The notes below the pieces were generated by a model. That model was not told the origin of the DNA and did no database searches. It saw nothing but the letters and a program-made list of their open reading frames with translations. Both the position numbers and the translations under genes were made by a program. Below are positions 62,470 to 64,000 of a stretch of 64,000 bases of DNA, piece by piece; the stretch's first letter is position 1, and each line of letters begins with the position of its first letter. The stretch spans positions 53,166,523 to 53,230,522 of the forward strand of contig NC_057719.1 in NCBI RefSeq assembly GCF_004010195.1, given 5' to 3'. Source of the DNA: Chiloscyllium plagiosum (lineage: Eukaryota).

Positions 62470-62695
62470 TTAGATCAGAGTGGTGCTGGAAAAGCACAAC
62501 AGCTCAGGCAGCATCCGAGGAGCAGGAAAATCGCTGTTTTGGGCAAAAGCCATTCATCAGCCCTTCCTGATGAAGGGCTTTTGCCTGAAACATCGATTTT
62601 CCTGCTCCTTGGGTGCTGCCTGACCTGCTGTGCTTTTCTACCACCAATCTGATCTAAACACTGGCTTGCAGCATCTGCAGTCCACACTTTTGCCT
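62470..62695. mobile_element. Palindromic Penelope-derived mini-element with back-to-back hammerhead cores
   Basis: 15-bp TSD ATTACACCATTGAAT (62455-62469 / 62696-62710); ~90-bp inverted arms meeting at TTCATCAG-CCCTTC-CTGATGAA. Confidence 0.88.
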
Positions 62696-62699
62696 ATTA

Positions 62700-63715
62700 C
62701 ACCATTGAATGTCAAGGGACAGTAGTTAGATTATCTCTTACTGGGGATGGTCATTGACTGGCATTTGTGTTACTGCCACTTGTCAGGCTAAGTCTGGATG
62801 TTGTCCAGATCTTGTTGTGTTTGAACATAGACTGCTGCAGTATCTGAGGAGTTGCAAATTTTTTTTAGATTCCTTACAGTGTGGAAACAGGCCCTTCAGC
62901 CCAACAAGTCCACACTGACCCGCCGAAGCGCAACCCATCCAGACCCATTCCCCTACATTTACCCCTTCACCTAACACTACGGGCAATTTTAGCATGGCCA
63001 ATTCACCTAACCTGCACATTTTTGGATTGTGGGAGGAAACCGGAGCACCCGGAGGAAACCCACGCAGACACGGGGAGAATGTGCAAACTCCACACAGAGT
63101 CGCCTGAGGCGGGAATTAAACCCAGGTCTCTGGCGCTGTGAGGCAGCAGTGCTAACCACTGTGCCACCGTGCCGCCCACGGCACGCTGAACATTATGCAA
63201 ACATTGGCAAACATCCCTACTTCTGACCTTATGATGGAGGGAAGGTCATTGATGAAGTAATTGAAGATAGGAAACTGTTTTGAAGAACTCCTGCAGAGAT
63301 GTCCTGGAGTGAGATGACTGATCTCCAACAGCCACAACCATCATCCTATGTGCCAGGTATGACTCTAACCCCAGAGAATTTGCCCCCTGATTCCCATTGA
63401 TTCCAGTTTCGCTAGGGTACCTTTATATTTTAGTTGGTCAAATGCAGCCTTGATAACACTCTCACATCACCTCTGGAATTCAGTTCCTTTGTCTATGTTT
63501 GAACCAAGGTTGTAATGAGGTCAGGAGCTGAGTGGCTCTGGCAGAACCCGAACTGGGCATCACTGAGCAGGTTATTGCTGAGTAGGTGCTGCTTGATAGC
63601 ACTGTTGACAACACCTTCCATAACTTTACTAATGATCAAGAGTCAATTGATAGGGTGGTAATTGACCAGGTTGGATTTGTCCTGCTTTTTGTGTATAAGA
63701 CATACCTGGGCAATA
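62700..63715 (-). mobile_element. CR1/L2-group LINE RT region, interrupted by a SINE
   Basis: Minus ORF 63152-63337 FNYFINDLPSIIRSEVGMFAN (RT FADD region). Confidence 0.8.
62858..63177 (-). mobile_element. HE1-like V-SINE, full length
   Basis: Highly similar to 47875-48195, including the box A head, V-domain and CR1-like tail. Confidence 0.93.
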
Positions 63716-64000
63716 ACTGGGAGTGTTTATCCCTGATTCCCATTAGTGCTCTTGTGGGGTATTCAAGTTTGCTGGAAAGCAAACCCATTAATCATTGCCT
63801 TTGGCTTTGTATTAAGTGAATCTGTCCATGATTACATTTCTGTAGGAGACTGGAAAAGTGCCAAAAGTGAAACAATGGTCATATGGTGATAAGAAATAGG
63901 AGGGTTCAGTCCAATGAGCCTGCCTGCCATTTGATAAGATCTTCACTGATCTGACTGTGTCTTTAACTTCTCTATCCTGCCTGTATCCTGCAATGTTTGA

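Overview
Eukaryotic, repeat-dense, essentially gene-poor vertebrate DNA, most likely a shark or other elasmobranch (inferred from HE1-like V-SINEs with CR1-derived tails and abundant CR1 and Penelope elements). Bases 1-7.45 kb are a purine-rich ~21-bp minisatellite containing a clean 256-bp higher-order repeat; all ORFs there are artefacts. The rest is a nested mosaic of CR1 LINE fragments, SINEs, Penelope-like elements (GIY-YIG endonuclease, minimal hammerhead ribozymes, hairpin derivatives with target-site duplications, TSDs), two decayed Gypsy elements, solo LTRs, a decayed two-gene Harbinger transposon and a Tigger-like MITE. The most striking structure is at 14.46-20.69 kb. A Gypsy provirus there has both LTRs independently interrupted at the same position, just 3' of the LTR TATA motif (GATATAAACAGGA[G/T]TGT), by 5'-truncated Tx1/L1-clade LINEs: three in tandem in the 5' LTR and one in the 3' LTR, with 12-15 bp TSDs. 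An uninterrupted related solo LTR at 24.1 kb shows the empty site. This suggests a sequence-specific LINE that parasitises an LTR promoter. No host gene could be named; two isolated candidate exons are flagged. Family names come from motif recognition by eye, not database searches, and boundaries of decayed repeats are approximate.
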